Source: Thermoplasmata archaeon
Lineage (GTDB): Archaea > Thermoplasmatota > SW-10-69-26 > JACQPN01 > JAJPHT01
Assembly (NCBI GenBank): GCA_034667685.1
Contig: JAXDQU010000008.1
Span: 24,212 to 88,211 of the forward strand
Direction: 5' to 3'
Length of the DNA stretch: 64,000 nt
Part shown: positions 28,436 to 37,917 of the stretch, piece after piece
How positions within the stretch are numbered: position 1 is the stretch's first letter
Layout: each line of letters opens with the position of its first letter
Made by a program: the position numbers and the translations under genes
The notes under the pieces: model-generated
Database searches by the model: none
What the model saw: the letters and a program-made list of their open reading frames with translations, nothing else
Told to the model about the DNA's origin: nothing

Positions 28436-31400
28436 CTACGGGCCCGGGAGCGCGGGGCCCACGAGCACGTACACGATCTCCGTGCTGCTGGCCAGGCCCG
28501 CCTCGTTCGTGGCCGTCGCCTGGAGCTTGTAGATGCCCGGCGTCAGGCCGGACGTGTCGAAGCCGTAGGCGAAGCCGTCGCTCGGGTCGGTGTCCTGGTG
28601 GACGACCACGCCGTCCACGAGGAAGTCGACCTCGGTGACGGGCGAGGCGTCGTCGCTGGCCGCGACGGTCATGGGCACCTGGGCGCCCGCGCTGAACGCG
28701 CCGCCGATGGGGCCGGCGAACTGCGGGTTCGTGAACGCCACGTCGGGCGCGCTGGTGTCCACCTGCACGGTGCGGGTCGTGGCGGACTCGACGTTGCCGG
28801 CGAGGTCCACGCTGGCGACCGTGATGGTGTGCGCGCCGTCGCCGCCGATCGTGCCGTTGACGGGCCCGGCCTTGCCGAACGTGACCGTCTTGCCGTCGAC
28901 CGTGACGATCGTGCTCAGGATGCCCGCGTTGTCGTCCGAGCGCGCGACGCTGTACGCGATGGGCGTCGCGGACCACGTGCCCGCGGAGTAGCCGCCCAGG
29001 TCGAGCGTCGAGGTGGGCGCGACGGTGTCCACGTCGGTCGTCGCCTGCGCGACGCTCGTGGCGCCATCGGCGTCCGTGACCTGGACCCAGACCGTGATCG
29101 GGCCGTCCGCCGCGGGCGTGACCGCGTAGAGCGCGCTGGCCGAGGGCGCGAAGGTCGCGCCGTCGGTGCTGAAGGCGTACGCGTTGGCCGGGAGCGCGGC
29201 GTCCGGGTCCACGCTCGCGGAGGCGTCGAAGACGACGCTCGCCGCGTTCGTGAAGGCGGGCGCCTTGAGCGCAGCCTGGGGCGCGACGTTCTGGACGGTG
29301 AACGAGTGGCTGACGCTCGCGGTCTCGCCGCCGTTGTCCATGATCGTCTCGGTCATCGTGTACGCGCCAAGCTGGAGCGGCTTGTAGCTCACCGAGGTCG
29401 CGTTGTTGCCCACGCTGCCGAAGCTCACCGTGGTGGCGTCGGGGAGCGCGAGGCTCCAGGAGCGCGTCTGGACGCTGCCGTCGTTGTCGTGCGACGCGTC
29501 GCTGAACGTGACCGTCGTGGTGCGCACGATGCCGCTGGCCGGGCTGGAGGAGAACGCCGCGAAGGGCACGACGTTGTCGAGGCCCAGCGCGAAGGACGTC
29601 GCGGACTCGACGAAGGTGCCGTGGTCGGCGACGACCTCGACGCCGTACGTGCCGGTGGTCGCCTTCAGGTTGTCAAGGTCGGCCTTGAGCAGCGTGAAGC
29701 TCGCCGAGCCGCCCTGCGCGGAGACCGTGGCCGAGCAGCGCGCGACGTTGCTCGCGCACGCCGAGACCGTGGGGTTCGCGGAGGAGACCAGGCGGAGCGC
29801 GACGGGCTCGACGACGCGGCTCGCGGAGGCGTAGGTCGCCAGGAGCGTCGGGTTGTTGTTCGTGCTCGCGGCGCACGTGCTGCCCGCGCTCGCGGCGGGG
29901 CACGTCAGCGCCACCGTCGCGGGGCTCGCCAGCGAGAGGCCGGAGGCCTTGCCGGAGAGCGCGAAGGGCGTGACCTGGTAGTCCATCGCGTCGGCGAGGC
30001 TGAAGGGCGCCATCGCGTTGCGCGCGGGGCTGTAGTAGCCGCTCACGGGGCCGCTCACGGCGTTGACCATGCTGTCGGTGGGCACGTAGCCGGGGCCGAG
30101 GTTGGCGTAGCCCCACGCGGAGACCGCGGGCGCGCGGGTCGTGACCTGGTCGGCGGGCGCCACGACGAGGACGTGGTCGCTGCCCGCGAGGGTGAAGGCC
30201 GTCTGCGTGGCGAAGCCGTTCGCGCCGCCGCTGCGCGGGGTGCTAGCGTCGGTCGCGTCGAGGACCTCGAAGAGCGTCTGGACGCCCGCGAGCGGGACGG
30301 AGCGCGCCGAGCCGCCCGTGTAGTCCGCGGCCGAGAGGTCGTAGACGTACGCGGTCTTGCCGGCCGCGAGCTGCGTGAGCCCCTGCACGAGGCCGTTCTG
30401 CTCCGTCGCGGCGAGCGCGTAGGGCTGGATGAAGAGCGAGTAGCCGTCGTCCAGGTCGTTCTTCGCGGAGACGCCGGGCACGAGGTCGAAGCCCGAGAGC
30501 GCGACGTTGTCGATCTGCAGGCGCTGCCCTTCGGGCATTGCGTAGTAGAAATTAAAGAAGAACTCGCGGATGGCCTGGCCGCCCAGGTCGGCGTTGTCGT
30601 AGGCGAGGCAGTAGTGGCGCCACGCCCAGTCGGTGGGCAGCGTGGCGACGGCCTGGTTCGCGGCCTGGACGGACGAGCCGCCGGCGGCCTTGAACACGTT
30701 CGCCGTGAAGGTGACGCTGCCCGCGGAGCTGAAGCCGGCGCGCGCGTCGAAGCAGACCTGGATGGGCGAGCCGACCGAGTTGCCGGTCCACGTCATGCCG
30801 TTGGGCGCGCCGATCTCCTGCACGAGGGCGAGGTGCTGGCCGTCGTCCGCGGCGTCGTAGACGAGCGACATGTAGCCGCCCGAGGTGCCGTTCGAGGTGG
30901 AGTAGTGGTGCGCGGAGGCGGGCGTGATGCCGGGCGGCGCGTCCGCGAGGTAGTCGCGCAGGTACCAGCCGGGGAAGGCGACCTTGACGCCCGGGGGATA
31001 GCTGCCGCCGGCCTGGGCGACGGACTCGGAGCCGTCGGAGTAGCCGAGCTCGAAGCCCGCGTCCACGAGGGGATTGCCGGGCTGGATGAGGCCCTCGGGC
31101 TGGCCGTCGAGGAGCATGAGGGGCGTGCCGGCCTGGTCGGCCTGGTCCGCCTGGGCGAAGCTGCCCTGGTCGATGAGCGAGTTGGCCGCGAGGCTGAAGT
31201 GGCCCGTGGGACAGGCGCCGCCGCCGGAGGCCAGCTCGCAGAGCGTGACGTAGACGTTGACGCCGTTGCCGGGCAGGTCGCCCATGAAGTTGATCGCGCC
31301 CGCGGGGACGCTGAAGGAGAAGCTGGAGACGGGCGTGGACGAGGAGCCGCCGTCCGCCCAGAGGCACATCGTGGAGCCGCTGCCCGCGCAGTGGCCCGTG

Positions 31401-31789
31401 GAGCCGCCGAAGGAGCTGTCGAGGCTCTCGAGGACGTAGCCCCAGCTCGTGACGGTCTTGGGAGCGCCGGTCGCGTCGAAGAGGCTCACGTCGAAGGTGT
31501 ACTCGTTCGCCGCCGGCGCCATGAGGGCGCTCTGGCCCTGGGCGACCGCGTTGCGCGGCACGATCTTGACGACGACGCCGTCGCCGGCCGAGGTCTCGTC
31601 CGACGCGTGGACGAGGGTGAAGGGAAGCGGACTGACGAGAAGCGCCAGGACGATGACGAGGATCGTCCACGTACGGTTGAGCTTGTGCTGCACAGGATGG
31701 CCTCCGGGCTGGCTCCAGGCCGCCCGAAACCGGGCTGCAACAAGGCCTTTTTCCCCAGACCCTGTCTGGATGCACCCGATCGGCTGCAC
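28436..31789 (-). CDS. giant secreted surface protein (Ig-like/PKD-like repeats)
   Basis: N-terminal signal/TM WTILVIVLALLVSPLPFTLVHASD; multiple Ig-like beta-sandwich repeats; exact start uncertain (possibly GTG near 31690). Confidence 0.7.
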   Translation of the reverse strand: MQPIGCIQTGSGEKGLVAARFRAAWSQPGGHPVQHKLNRTWTILVIVLALLVSPLPFTLVHASDETSAGDGVVVKIVPRNAVAQGQSALMAPAANEYTFDVSLFDATGAPKTVTSWGYVLESLDSSFGGSTGHCAGSGSTMCLWADGGSSSTPVSSFSFSVPAGAINFMGDLPGNGVNVYVTLCELASGGGACPTGHFSLAANSLIDQGSFAQADQADQAGTPLMLLDGQPEGLIQPGNPLVDAGFELGYSDGSESVAQAGGSYPPGVKVAFPGWYLRDYLADAPPGITPASAHHYSTSNGTSGGYMSLVYDAADDGQHLALVQEIGAPNGMTWTGNSVGSPIQVCFDARAGFSSAGSVTFTANVFKAAGGSSVQAANQAVATLPTDWAWRHYCLAYDNADLGGQAIREFFFNFYYAMPEGQRLQIDNVALSGFDLVPGVSAKNDLDDGYSLFIQPYALAATEQNGLVQGLTQLAAGKTAYVYDLSAADYTGGSARSVPLAGVQTLFEVLDATDASTPRSGGANGFATQTAFTLAGSDHVLVVAPADQVTTRAPAVSAWGYANLGPGYVPTDSMVNAVSGPVSGYYSPARNAMAPFSLADAMDYQVTPFALSGKASGLSLASPATVALTCPAASAGSTCAASTNNNPTLLATYASASRVVEPVALRLVSSANPTVSACASNVARCSATVSAQGGSASFTLLKADLDNLKATTGTYGVEVVADHGTFVESATSFALGLDNVVPFAAFSSSPASGIVRTTTVTFSDASHDNDGSVQTRSWSLALPDATTVSFGSVGNNATSVSYKPLQLGAYTMTETIMDNGGETASVSHSFTVQNVAPQAALKAPAFTNAASVVFDASASVDPDAALPANAYAFSTDGATFAPSASALYAVTPAADGPITVWVQVTDADGATSVAQATTDVDTVAPTSTLDLGGYSAGTWSATPIAYSVARSDDNAGILSTIVTVDGKTVTFGKAGPVNGTIGGDGAHTITVASVDLAGNVESATTRTVQVDTSAPDVAFTNPQFAGPIGGAFSAGAQVPMTVAASDDASPVTEVDFLVDGVVVHQDTDPSDGFAYGFDTSGLTPGIYKLQATATNEAGLASSTEIVYVLVGPALPGP

Positions 31790-31842
31790 GGCGGCGCCGG
31801 CGGACCGGAACGTTTTCCCACCCGGCCGACCGAGGCGCCCCC

Positions 31843-32130
31843 ATGCCCCCGGTGATCGACCCGCGCCATCTCGTGGGCCTCCTGGGGAGCGCCGGCAAGT
31901 CGCTCGCCCGCGTCCCGGAGGCCGAGCGCGTCGGCGAGCGGCTGCGCGACGCGCGCTCCCCCGCCGAGCTGGCCCGCCTCCTCGCGCCGCTCGACCTCGG
32001 GCTCGCCCCGCCGGCGCGCCGCGTCGTCGAGCAGGGGCTCGCGCAGGGTCCGCATTGGGAAGAGCGGCGCGCGGCCCTCCTCCACAGCTTCGATCTGGCG
32101 CACGCCGAGCGGTTCGAGAGCGGGGCGTAG
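31843..32130 (+). CDS. small hypothetical protein
   Basis: ATG ORF in the intergenic region upstream of the peptide cluster; moderately protein-like. Confidence 0.3.
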   Translation: MPPVIDPRHLVGLLGSAGKSLARVPEAERVGERLRDARSPAELARLLAPLDLGLAPPARRVVEQGLAQGPHWEERRAALLHSFDLAHAERFESGA

Positions 32131-32205
32131 CGTCGTCAAGCGCGAACGGGGAAAAACGGCGGGCGGGGTGGACGCCCGCGTGGAAAGGATCTCGGCGCGC
32201 TGCGC

Positions 32206-32462
32206 CTAGAGCAGGCAGGTCCAGACGCCGGTCGACAAGTAGACGGCGCAGAGGTGGTAGTTACAGGTGCCCTCGTAGCCGCAGTCGCCCGGGCCGTAGC
32301 CGGTGCACTCGACGCTGGCGGGACCGGTGCAGTAGCCGCCGACATGCTGGACGTCGATGCAGGTCGAGCCGTTGATGCAGACCACGCCAGCGGAGGCGCC
32401 GGGGAGGGCGACGAGGGCGAGTCCGGTCACGAGGCAAATGGCTGAAATCATCGCGAGCTTCA
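32206..32462 (-). CDS. small secreted cysteine-rich peptide A (10 Cys)
   Basis: signal peptide MKLAMISAICLVTGLALVALPGASAG; mature part of about 59 aa with 10 Cys (CINGSTCID ... CTGPASVECTGYGPGDCGYEGTCNYHLC). Confidence 0.55.
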
Positions 32463-32637
32463 TGGTATCACTGGGGGCCGCGAAGAGCATTGGGCTTAAG
32501 CCGATTGGCGCCCACTCAGAGTTGTTACTTAGGCCGCGCCACGGCAGGATCGGAGAGTAGGAGCGCGACGCTCGCTCGAAAAAGAAGCGCTCGAAGAAAA
32601 GGCGCGCCCCCGATTCAGGGCGCGTCGTGGGGGCGGA

Positions 32638-32844
32638 TCAAATGGGGTGGCAGACCGTGATGACGCGCTGGATCACTTCGCAGTCGATGTACGATTGGTA
32701 GTCGGCTGCGCAGGTGAGGATCCCGTTGTCGAGGACGCAGAGAGGGTCGATGCCGCCATCGATGCTGCTCGCGGACGCGGTAGGGGCGAGGGGGATAATC
32801 AGGGCGAGGGCGCAGGCGATGATCGCGAGGTGGAGGAACTTCAT
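32638..32844 (-). CDS. small secreted 4-Cys peptide B (paralog of peptide C)
   Basis: signal peptide MKFLHLAIIACALALIIPLAPTASA; mature SSIDGGIDPLCVLDNGILTCAADYQSYIDCEV...C; shares a GGIDPLCxLxNGxLxC motif with 32868-33119. Confidence 0.55.
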   Translation of the reverse strand: MKFLHLAIIACALALIIPLAPTASASSIDGGIDPLCVLDNGILTCAADYQSYIDCEVIQRVITVCHPI

Positions 32845-32867
32845 GGGGACACCAGCAGAGGTCGACG

Positions 32868-33119
32868 TCAGAGCGGGTTGTACTGGCAAAGGGCGATGGT
32901 AACGACGGAGTCGCGCAGGGCCTTGACGGTGCCGGGCTCGTACTGGCGGTAGGTGCACTGGACGTACATCTCGTACTCGTGCTCGCAGTAGAGGGCGCCG
33001 TTGCCCAGCGCGCAGAGGGGGTCGATGCCGCCGCTGCCCACGGCGCTGGCCGAGACAAGGGGAAGAAGAGCAAGGGTCGGGACGAGGAGCACGGCAGCGA
33101 GGACGAACGCGGTTCTCAT
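32868..33119 (-). CDS. small secreted 4-Cys peptide C (paralog of peptide B)
   Basis: signal peptide MRTAFVLAAVLLVPTLALLPLVSASA; mature VGSGGIDPLCALGNGALYCEHEYEMYVQCTY...C. Confidence 0.55.
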   Translation of the reverse strand: MRTAFVLAAVLLVPTLALLPLVSASAVGSGGIDPLCALGNGALYCEHEYEMYVQCTYRQYEPGTVKALRDSVVTIALCQYNPL

Positions 33120-33226
33120 GGTGTTTTCTCCGGGCCAGACGGCCCAGAGCGGCCCACCCGAGGACGGTAGAAAGGAGGTTCCGCCAACCCGTGGTGAGTA
33201 CGCCCGACCTGGCAGTTACGGTAACG

Positions 33227-34015
33227 TTACTTTCCGCCCACGCTGCGCAGATCTGCGCGGTCGTCGCCATCGAAGGCGTCGGGAATGGCGCCGTCGCGGA
33301 GGAAGTAGTCGCGCAGGCCCTGGCACGTGTCGATGGACCAGTACATGACGCTCCCCTTGTTGGGCGAGTGTCCCGGATGCGCGCCGTCCTCGTGGTTGCT
33401 CACCATCGAGATGCCGTTGTCCACGAGGCCCATCGCATGCCCGACCTCATGGAGCAGGGTGGACCGCTCGATCCGCCCGACGGCCTGGGTCGGCTGGTCC
33501 ACGGGCAGGGGGACGCTTCCGCCGGGAGTGTCGACGCACGAGCTTCCCCGGATCGTGTCGAGGAAGATCGTCACGGGGCCAAGCTGGGTGCCGCCGATGG
33601 TGACTCCCGCGATGTCGTTGCCTCCCCCGCTCTTCTCGTACGAGCCGCTCGGGTAGAGGACGTGGAGCAGCGCATGGGGCGCCTGGTGGGTGTGGCGACG
33701 GCTCGTCTGCTCGAGGCGGAGCAGCTCGTCGCTTGACCAGACCTTGTTGGGGGTGTCTGCCAGCGACTGGTTGACGTCGAGCTCCACATCCTGCTTCGAC
33801 GTGACATCGCGGAGCGTCGTGAGCAGATGGTCCAACGCCGCGGCGCCTGGGCTGTGGCCGGGAGCGTAGTCGACCTCCACGACGAGCTGCGGCCAATCGG
33901 GCCCGACGACCTGACGTGGGTAGGAGGGCGCCGCGCCCAAGGATGGGCCTTGCAGCATGCAGCCTGCGGAAGCGAGGGCCAGCAACAGCCCAAGGAGAAC
34001 GACGGCCCACCGCAT
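33227..34015 (-). CDS. secreted zinc metalloprotease lipoprotein (zincin, HExxHxxGxxD with Met-turn-like motif)
   Basis: lipobox LLLALASAGC; HEVGHAMGLVDNG zinc-binding motif; downstream SVMYW Met-turn-like. Confidence 0.75.
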   Translation of the reverse strand: MRWAVVLLGLLLALASAGCMLQGPSLGAAPSYPRQVVGPDWPQLVVEVDYAPGHSPGAAALDHLLTTLRDVTSKQDVELDVNQSLADTPNKVWSSDELLRLEQTSRRHTHQAPHALLHVLYPSGSYEKSGGGNDIAGVTIGGTQLGPVTIFLDTIRGSSCVDTPGGSVPLPVDQPTQAVGRIERSTLLHEVGHAMGLVDNGISMVSNHEDGAHPGHSPNKGSVMYWSIDTCQGLRDYFLRDGAIPDAFDGDDRADLRSVGGK

Positions 34016-34097
34016 GATCGGCGGCTTGCCCCGTCGATTCCTTGGACTTTGCCATTCCGGCGGGAAGACCCTCGATGCTTCCTGCGCGACAGGTCAG

Positions 34098-34421
34098 TCA
34101 CGCCTGCGTAGGTGGCGCGCTGGCGGATTGCTGCCTCGCCCGGTCCCACGCCTCGATCATCTCGAAGCCCTGGAGCCCCACCATGCCCATCGCGGAGGCG
34201 AGGCTCGCCACCCCGACGAACACGGCCCACGAGGTGCTCATGATGCCGACCGCGGCGAAGCGCACCTGCAGGATGGTGATGACGACGAGGAAGACGCAGA
34301 GCGCGGCGAGGCGCAGCCATTCGAGGATGTGCCGCCGCGCGAGCCCTTCGCGGCGGCCGACGCGGTAGACGCCATAGACCGCCCCGAGAAGGAGCGGGTA
34401 CGCGAGGAGCGCGCCGACCAT
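34098..34421 (-). CDS. small 3-TM membrane protein (paralog of 34448-34759)
   Basis: three hydrophobic helices; shared AYPLLLGA and VGVASL motifs with the neighbouring gene. Confidence 0.5.
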   Translation of the reverse strand: MVGALLAYPLLLGAVYGVYRVGRREGLARRHILEWLRLAALCVFLVVITILQVRFAAVGIMSTSWAVFVGVASLASAMGMVGLQGFEMIEAWDRARQQSASAPPTQA

Positions 34422-34447
34422 GCTCGTGGCTCTCCGTCAGGCCCTAT

Positions 34448-34759
34448 TCAAACCCTGCGCAGGAGGACCGGGGGCCAGTCGAACCGCGGCGCGTGGAGAT
34501 GGCGGGTCAGGCGCGCGTGCAGGTGCACCGTCGCCAAGGCGTACGCGCCCACGAGGCTCGCCACGCCCAGCACGAGCGCGGCCGTGAGCCCCGTCGCGAT
34601 CACCATGCCGACGAACGCCGCAGTCGCCGTGCCCAGGAGCAGCCCGGCCACGGCGAGACGGATGTCCTCGAAGAGGCCGTCCCGGCTGCGCCCGAGGAAC
34701 AGGATCCCGCAGAACGCGCCCAGGAGGATGGGGTAGGCCTCCAAGCCATCGAAAGCCAT
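34448..34759 (-). CDS. small 3-TM membrane protein (paralog of 34098-34421)
   Basis: AYPILLGA ... VLGVASLVGA; three TM helices. Confidence 0.5.
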   Translation of the reverse strand: MAFDGLEAYPILLGAFCGILFLGRSRDGLFEDIRLAVAGLLLGTATAAFVGMVIATGLTAALVLGVASLVGAYALATVHLHARLTRHLHAPRFDWPPVLLRRV

Positions 34760-34860
34760 GGTCTGGGTCTCTGCAACAGGGGGGATTTGAGGTTTCGGAG
34801 GGCCCCTTCAAGATGGGGCCGCGAGCACGCGCAAGCGCCCGGACCATGCGTGTCTTCGTG

Positions 34861-34928
34861 GCGCTCCCTTCCCGACACCGCGCATCCGAGCCATCCGCGG
34901 ATTCCGGGATTCTCGGTGTCGGGAACGG
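34861..34928. repeat. intergenic palindromic repeat, family D copy 2
   Basis: GGCGCTCCCTTCCCGACACCGCGCATCC ... GGATTCTCGGTGTCGGGAACGG; shares GCGCTCCyTTCCCrACACCG with 21080-21153. Confidence 0.65.
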
Positions 34929-34992
34929 ATCGGCTGGCCAACGACCGCGGGCCGGCGCGAGCCTTATCCGGGCTCGCGGTGTGCGCGGCCCC

Positions 34993-35757
34993 ATGCAGGC
35001 CATCGGGGCGGGCGACCTCGTCGCGCTCATGGACGAGGAGGGCACGCGCACGCTGGTCCGCGCGGAGGGGGCGCCGCAGAAGCTGCGCGGCGTGGGCATC
35101 CTGGCCGGCGAGCGCCTCGTGGGCCTCGCATGGGGCGCCGCGTTCGCGCACGGGAGCAAGACGTTCCGGCTGCTCCGCCCGGGTGTCGGCGACCTCACGA
35201 TGGGCCTGGCGCGCAAGGCGCAGATCGTGCTGCCCAAGGACGCGAGCCGCATCCTCTTCGAGTGCGACGTCCGGGCGGGCGCGCGGATCGTCGAGGCGGG
35301 CATCGGAAGCGGCGCGCTCACCACCGCGCTCGCCTGGGCCGTCGCGCCCACCGGCCGCGTGTTCACCTACGAGATCCGCCCCGACTTCATCCAATGGGCC
35401 CAGCGCAACCTGGACGAGAGCGGCCTCTCCGCCTTCGTCGAGATCAAGGAGGGTGATATCACCAAGGCCATCGCGGAGCGCGACGTCGACGCGGTGATCC
35501 TCGACCTTCCGAATCCCTGGGACGCGGTCCCCGTCGCCAAGGCCGCGCTGCGGGGCGACGGCCACCTCTGCGCCTACTCGCCCCTCGTCTCGCAGGTCGA
35601 GCAGACGCACGCCGCGCTCCGGCAGCACGGCTTCGTCGACGTCCGGACGCTGGAGATCATCGAGCGCCGCTGGACCGTGGGCGAGCGTGGGAGCCGGCCC
35701 GACCACGAGATGCTGGGGCATACTGCGTGGCTCACGTTCGCGCGGAACGCGGTCTGA
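34993..35757 (+). CDS. trmI: tRNA (adenine-N1)-methyltransferase TrmI (Gcd14 family)
   Basis: SAM-binding motif VEAGIGSGALT; TrmI/GCD14 N- and C-terminal signatures. Confidence 0.85.
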   Translation: MQAIGAGDLVALMDEEGTRTLVRAEGAPQKLRGVGILAGERLVGLAWGAAFAHGSKTFRLLRPGVGDLTMGLARKAQIVLPKDASRILFECDVRAGARIVEAGIGSGALTTALAWAVAPTGRVFTYEIRPDFIQWAQRNLDESGLSAFVEIKEGDITKAIAERDVDAVILDLPNPWDAVPVAKAALRGDGHLCAYSPLVSQVEQTHAALRQHGFVDVRTLEIIERRWTVGERGSRPDHEMLGHTAWLTFARNAV

Positions 35758-35765
35758 TGACGGGT

Positions 35766-35837
35766 CGCCTCCGGCGGGAAAGGGCGGAATCTCAGGATCT
35801 CGGAAATCTCCGCCTGATTCTGAGATTCGGAGATTCC
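35766..35837. repeat. intergenic imperfect palindrome, family E
   Basis: GGGAAAGGGCGGAATCTCAGGATCTCGGAAATCTCC / GGAGATTCCGTCCTTTCCC with internal GGAATCTC repeats. Confidence 0.55.
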
Positions 35838-35916
35838 GTCCTTTCCCACGCGGAGCGCGCCGGGGCCTCACCGCCCGTGCGCAAAACGTGATACGGCACC
35901 CCCATTTCGCGCGCAC

Positions 35917-37734
35917 GTGGCCGACTCGGCGCACAAGGACCGCCTCCGCGACTTCTCCACCGACAAGCGCACGCTGCTCCTGTGCGCGCTGGCCCTCGTG
36001 GTCGGCCTCGCCGCGACGCTGCTGGCCTTCGCCCTCTCGTGGCTGATCGGCACCGTCACCAACCTCGTCTTCTACCAGCGCTGGCGCCACGACCTCGTCT
36101 CGCCGGGCGACGCGCACCTCGGGCTCTGGATCCTCGTCATTCCCGTGCTGGGCGGCCTCGTCATTGGCCTCATGGCGCGCTACGGCAGCGAGAAGATCCG
36201 CGGCCATGGCATCCCGGAGGCGCTGGAGAGCATCCTCCTGCGCGGCAGCCGCGTCGAGCCGAAAGTAACAGTCCTCAAGCCCGCGAGCGCCGCGATCAGC
36301 ATCGGCACCGGCGGCCCCTTCGGCGCGGAAGGCCCCATCATCATGACGGGCGGCGCCTCCGGCTCGCTCTTCGCGCAGTTCCTCAAGCTCACCGCCGCCG
36401 AGCGCAAGACGCTCTTGGTCGCGGGCGCGGCGGCCGGCATGAGCGCGACGTTCGGCGCCCCCCTCGCCGCGACGCTCCTGGCCGTCGAGCTCCTTCTCTT
36501 CGAATGGAAGCCGCGCAGCCTCCTGCCCGTCGCGCTGGCCAGCGTCGAGGCGAGCCTGCTGCGCGTGCCGCTCCTGGGCCCGGGCCCGCTCTTCCCCGTC
36601 GCCGCGCACGCCGCCGTCCCCTGGCAAGGCGTCGTCCTCGCGCTGGGCCTGGGCGTCGCCGCCGGATTGCTATCAGCCCTCCTCACGAAGCTCGTCTACC
36701 TCTTCGAGGACCTCTTCCAGAGGCTTCCGATCCACTGGATGTGGTGGCCCGCGATCGGCGGCCTCGCCATCGGGATCGGCGGCCTCGTCGAGCCCAAGGC
36801 GCTCGGCGTGGGCTACGACGTCATCGGCGGAATGCTATCCGGAAGCCTCCTGGGCACGGCGATCCTCGCCCTTCTCGTGACGAAGGTGCTCATCTGGAGC
36901 TTCTCGCTGGGCAGCGGCACCTCGGGCGGCGTGCTCGCACCGCTCCTCATGATGGGCGCCGCGCTGGGCGCTCTCCTGGGCCCGCTCCTGCCGGTGGGCA
37001 CGCCGGCGATCTGGGCGCTCGTCGCGATGGCGGGCATCATGGGCGGCACGATGCGCGTCCCGTTCACGGGCGTCTTCTTCGCGCTGGAGCTGACGCACGA
37101 CTGGACGCTCGCCGTGCCGATCTTCGTCGCGTGCCTCGCCGCCTACGGCACGACCGTGCTCCTGGTGCGCCGCAGCATCCTCACCGAGAAGCTCGCGCGC
37201 CGCGGCCACCACGTCATGCGCGAGTACGTCGTCGACCCGCTCGACATGCTGCGCGCCCACGAGGTCATGACGCCGGACGTGCAGGCGCTCCCCGCGAGCA
37301 TGCCCGTCGCGGACGCGATCGACTTCTTCCGCGGCACCGAGAAGGAGCCCGGCCGCCGCCCGCGCGTCCACCAGGGCTACCCCGTCGTCGACGCCGAGGG
37401 ACGCCTCGTCTCCGTCGTGACGCGCCGCGACGCGCTCGAATGGGCGCTCCAGCCCGTGCGCGCGGGCGAGACGCTCGCCGACCGCGCGCCCCCGCGCCTC
37501 CACACCATCGCCTCCGGCGCGCCCGCCAGCGAGGCCGCCAGCGTCATGGCGCGCGCCGGCGTCGGCCGCCTCCCCGTCCTCGACGAGCAGGGCAAGCTCG
37601 TGGGCATCCTCACGCGCACCGACCTCCTCGAAGGCCGCCTGCGCCGCATCCTCGAAGAGACGGACCGCGAGCGCGTGCTCAGGACGGGTGTTTCCGTGCT
37701 GCGCGATCGTTACCTCAAGCCGCTCGTGGAGTAG
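35917..37734 (+). CDS. ClC-family chloride channel with C-terminal CBS pair (second paralog)
   Basis: GSGTSGGVLAPLL and GxFxP-type ClC motifs; 10+ TM; two CBS domains. Confidence 0.85.
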   Translation: MADSAHKDRLRDFSTDKRTLLLCALALVVGLAATLLAFALSWLIGTVTNLVFYQRWRHDLVSPGDAHLGLWILVIPVLGGLVIGLMARYGSEKIRGHGIPEALESILLRGSRVEPKVTVLKPASAAISIGTGGPFGAEGPIIMTGGASGSLFAQFLKLTAAERKTLLVAGAAAGMSATFGAPLAATLLAVELLLFEWKPRSLLPVALASVEASLLRVPLLGPGPLFPVAAHAAVPWQGVVLALGLGVAAGLLSALLTKLVYLFEDLFQRLPIHWMWWPAIGGLAIGIGGLVEPKALGVGYDVIGGMLSGSLLGTAILALLVTKVLIWSFSLGSGTSGGVLAPLLMMGAALGALLGPLLPVGTPAIWALVAMAGIMGGTMRVPFTGVFFALELTHDWTLAVPIFVACLAAYGTTVLLVRRSILTEKLARRGHHVMREYVVDPLDMLRAHEVMTPDVQALPASMPVADAIDFFRGTEKEPGRRPRVHQGYPVVDAEGRLVSVVTRRDALEWALQPVRAGETLADRAPPRLHTIASGAPASEAASVMARAGVGRLPVLDEQGKLVGILTRTDLLEGRLRRILEETDRERVLRTGVSVLRDRYLKPLVE

Positions 37735-37917
37735 GGTCCCTTCCGCTCCCGAGTCCTCTTCCACTTCGTCGGAGCCTGGAAGCGAAGAATGAGGGGGGCT
37801 ATCCCAGTCGAAGGCGAGGTTCAAGGCGTTCCAGGAGAAGACGACCATCCCTGTTGTAACTTCATCAAGCCAACGGTAAGTATCAGATGCTCAGGCGGTC
37901 ATCCACGATTGTTTCTC

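Noticed and set aside
33227-34015. Assignment of the protease to a specific MEROPS family (matrixin, snapalysin, etc.)
   Set aside because: The motif is HExxHxxGxxD (Asp, not His, as the third ligand) with a Met-turn-like SVMYW. This cannot be confidently matched to a named family from sequence inspection alone, so only the zincin superfamily level is claimed.
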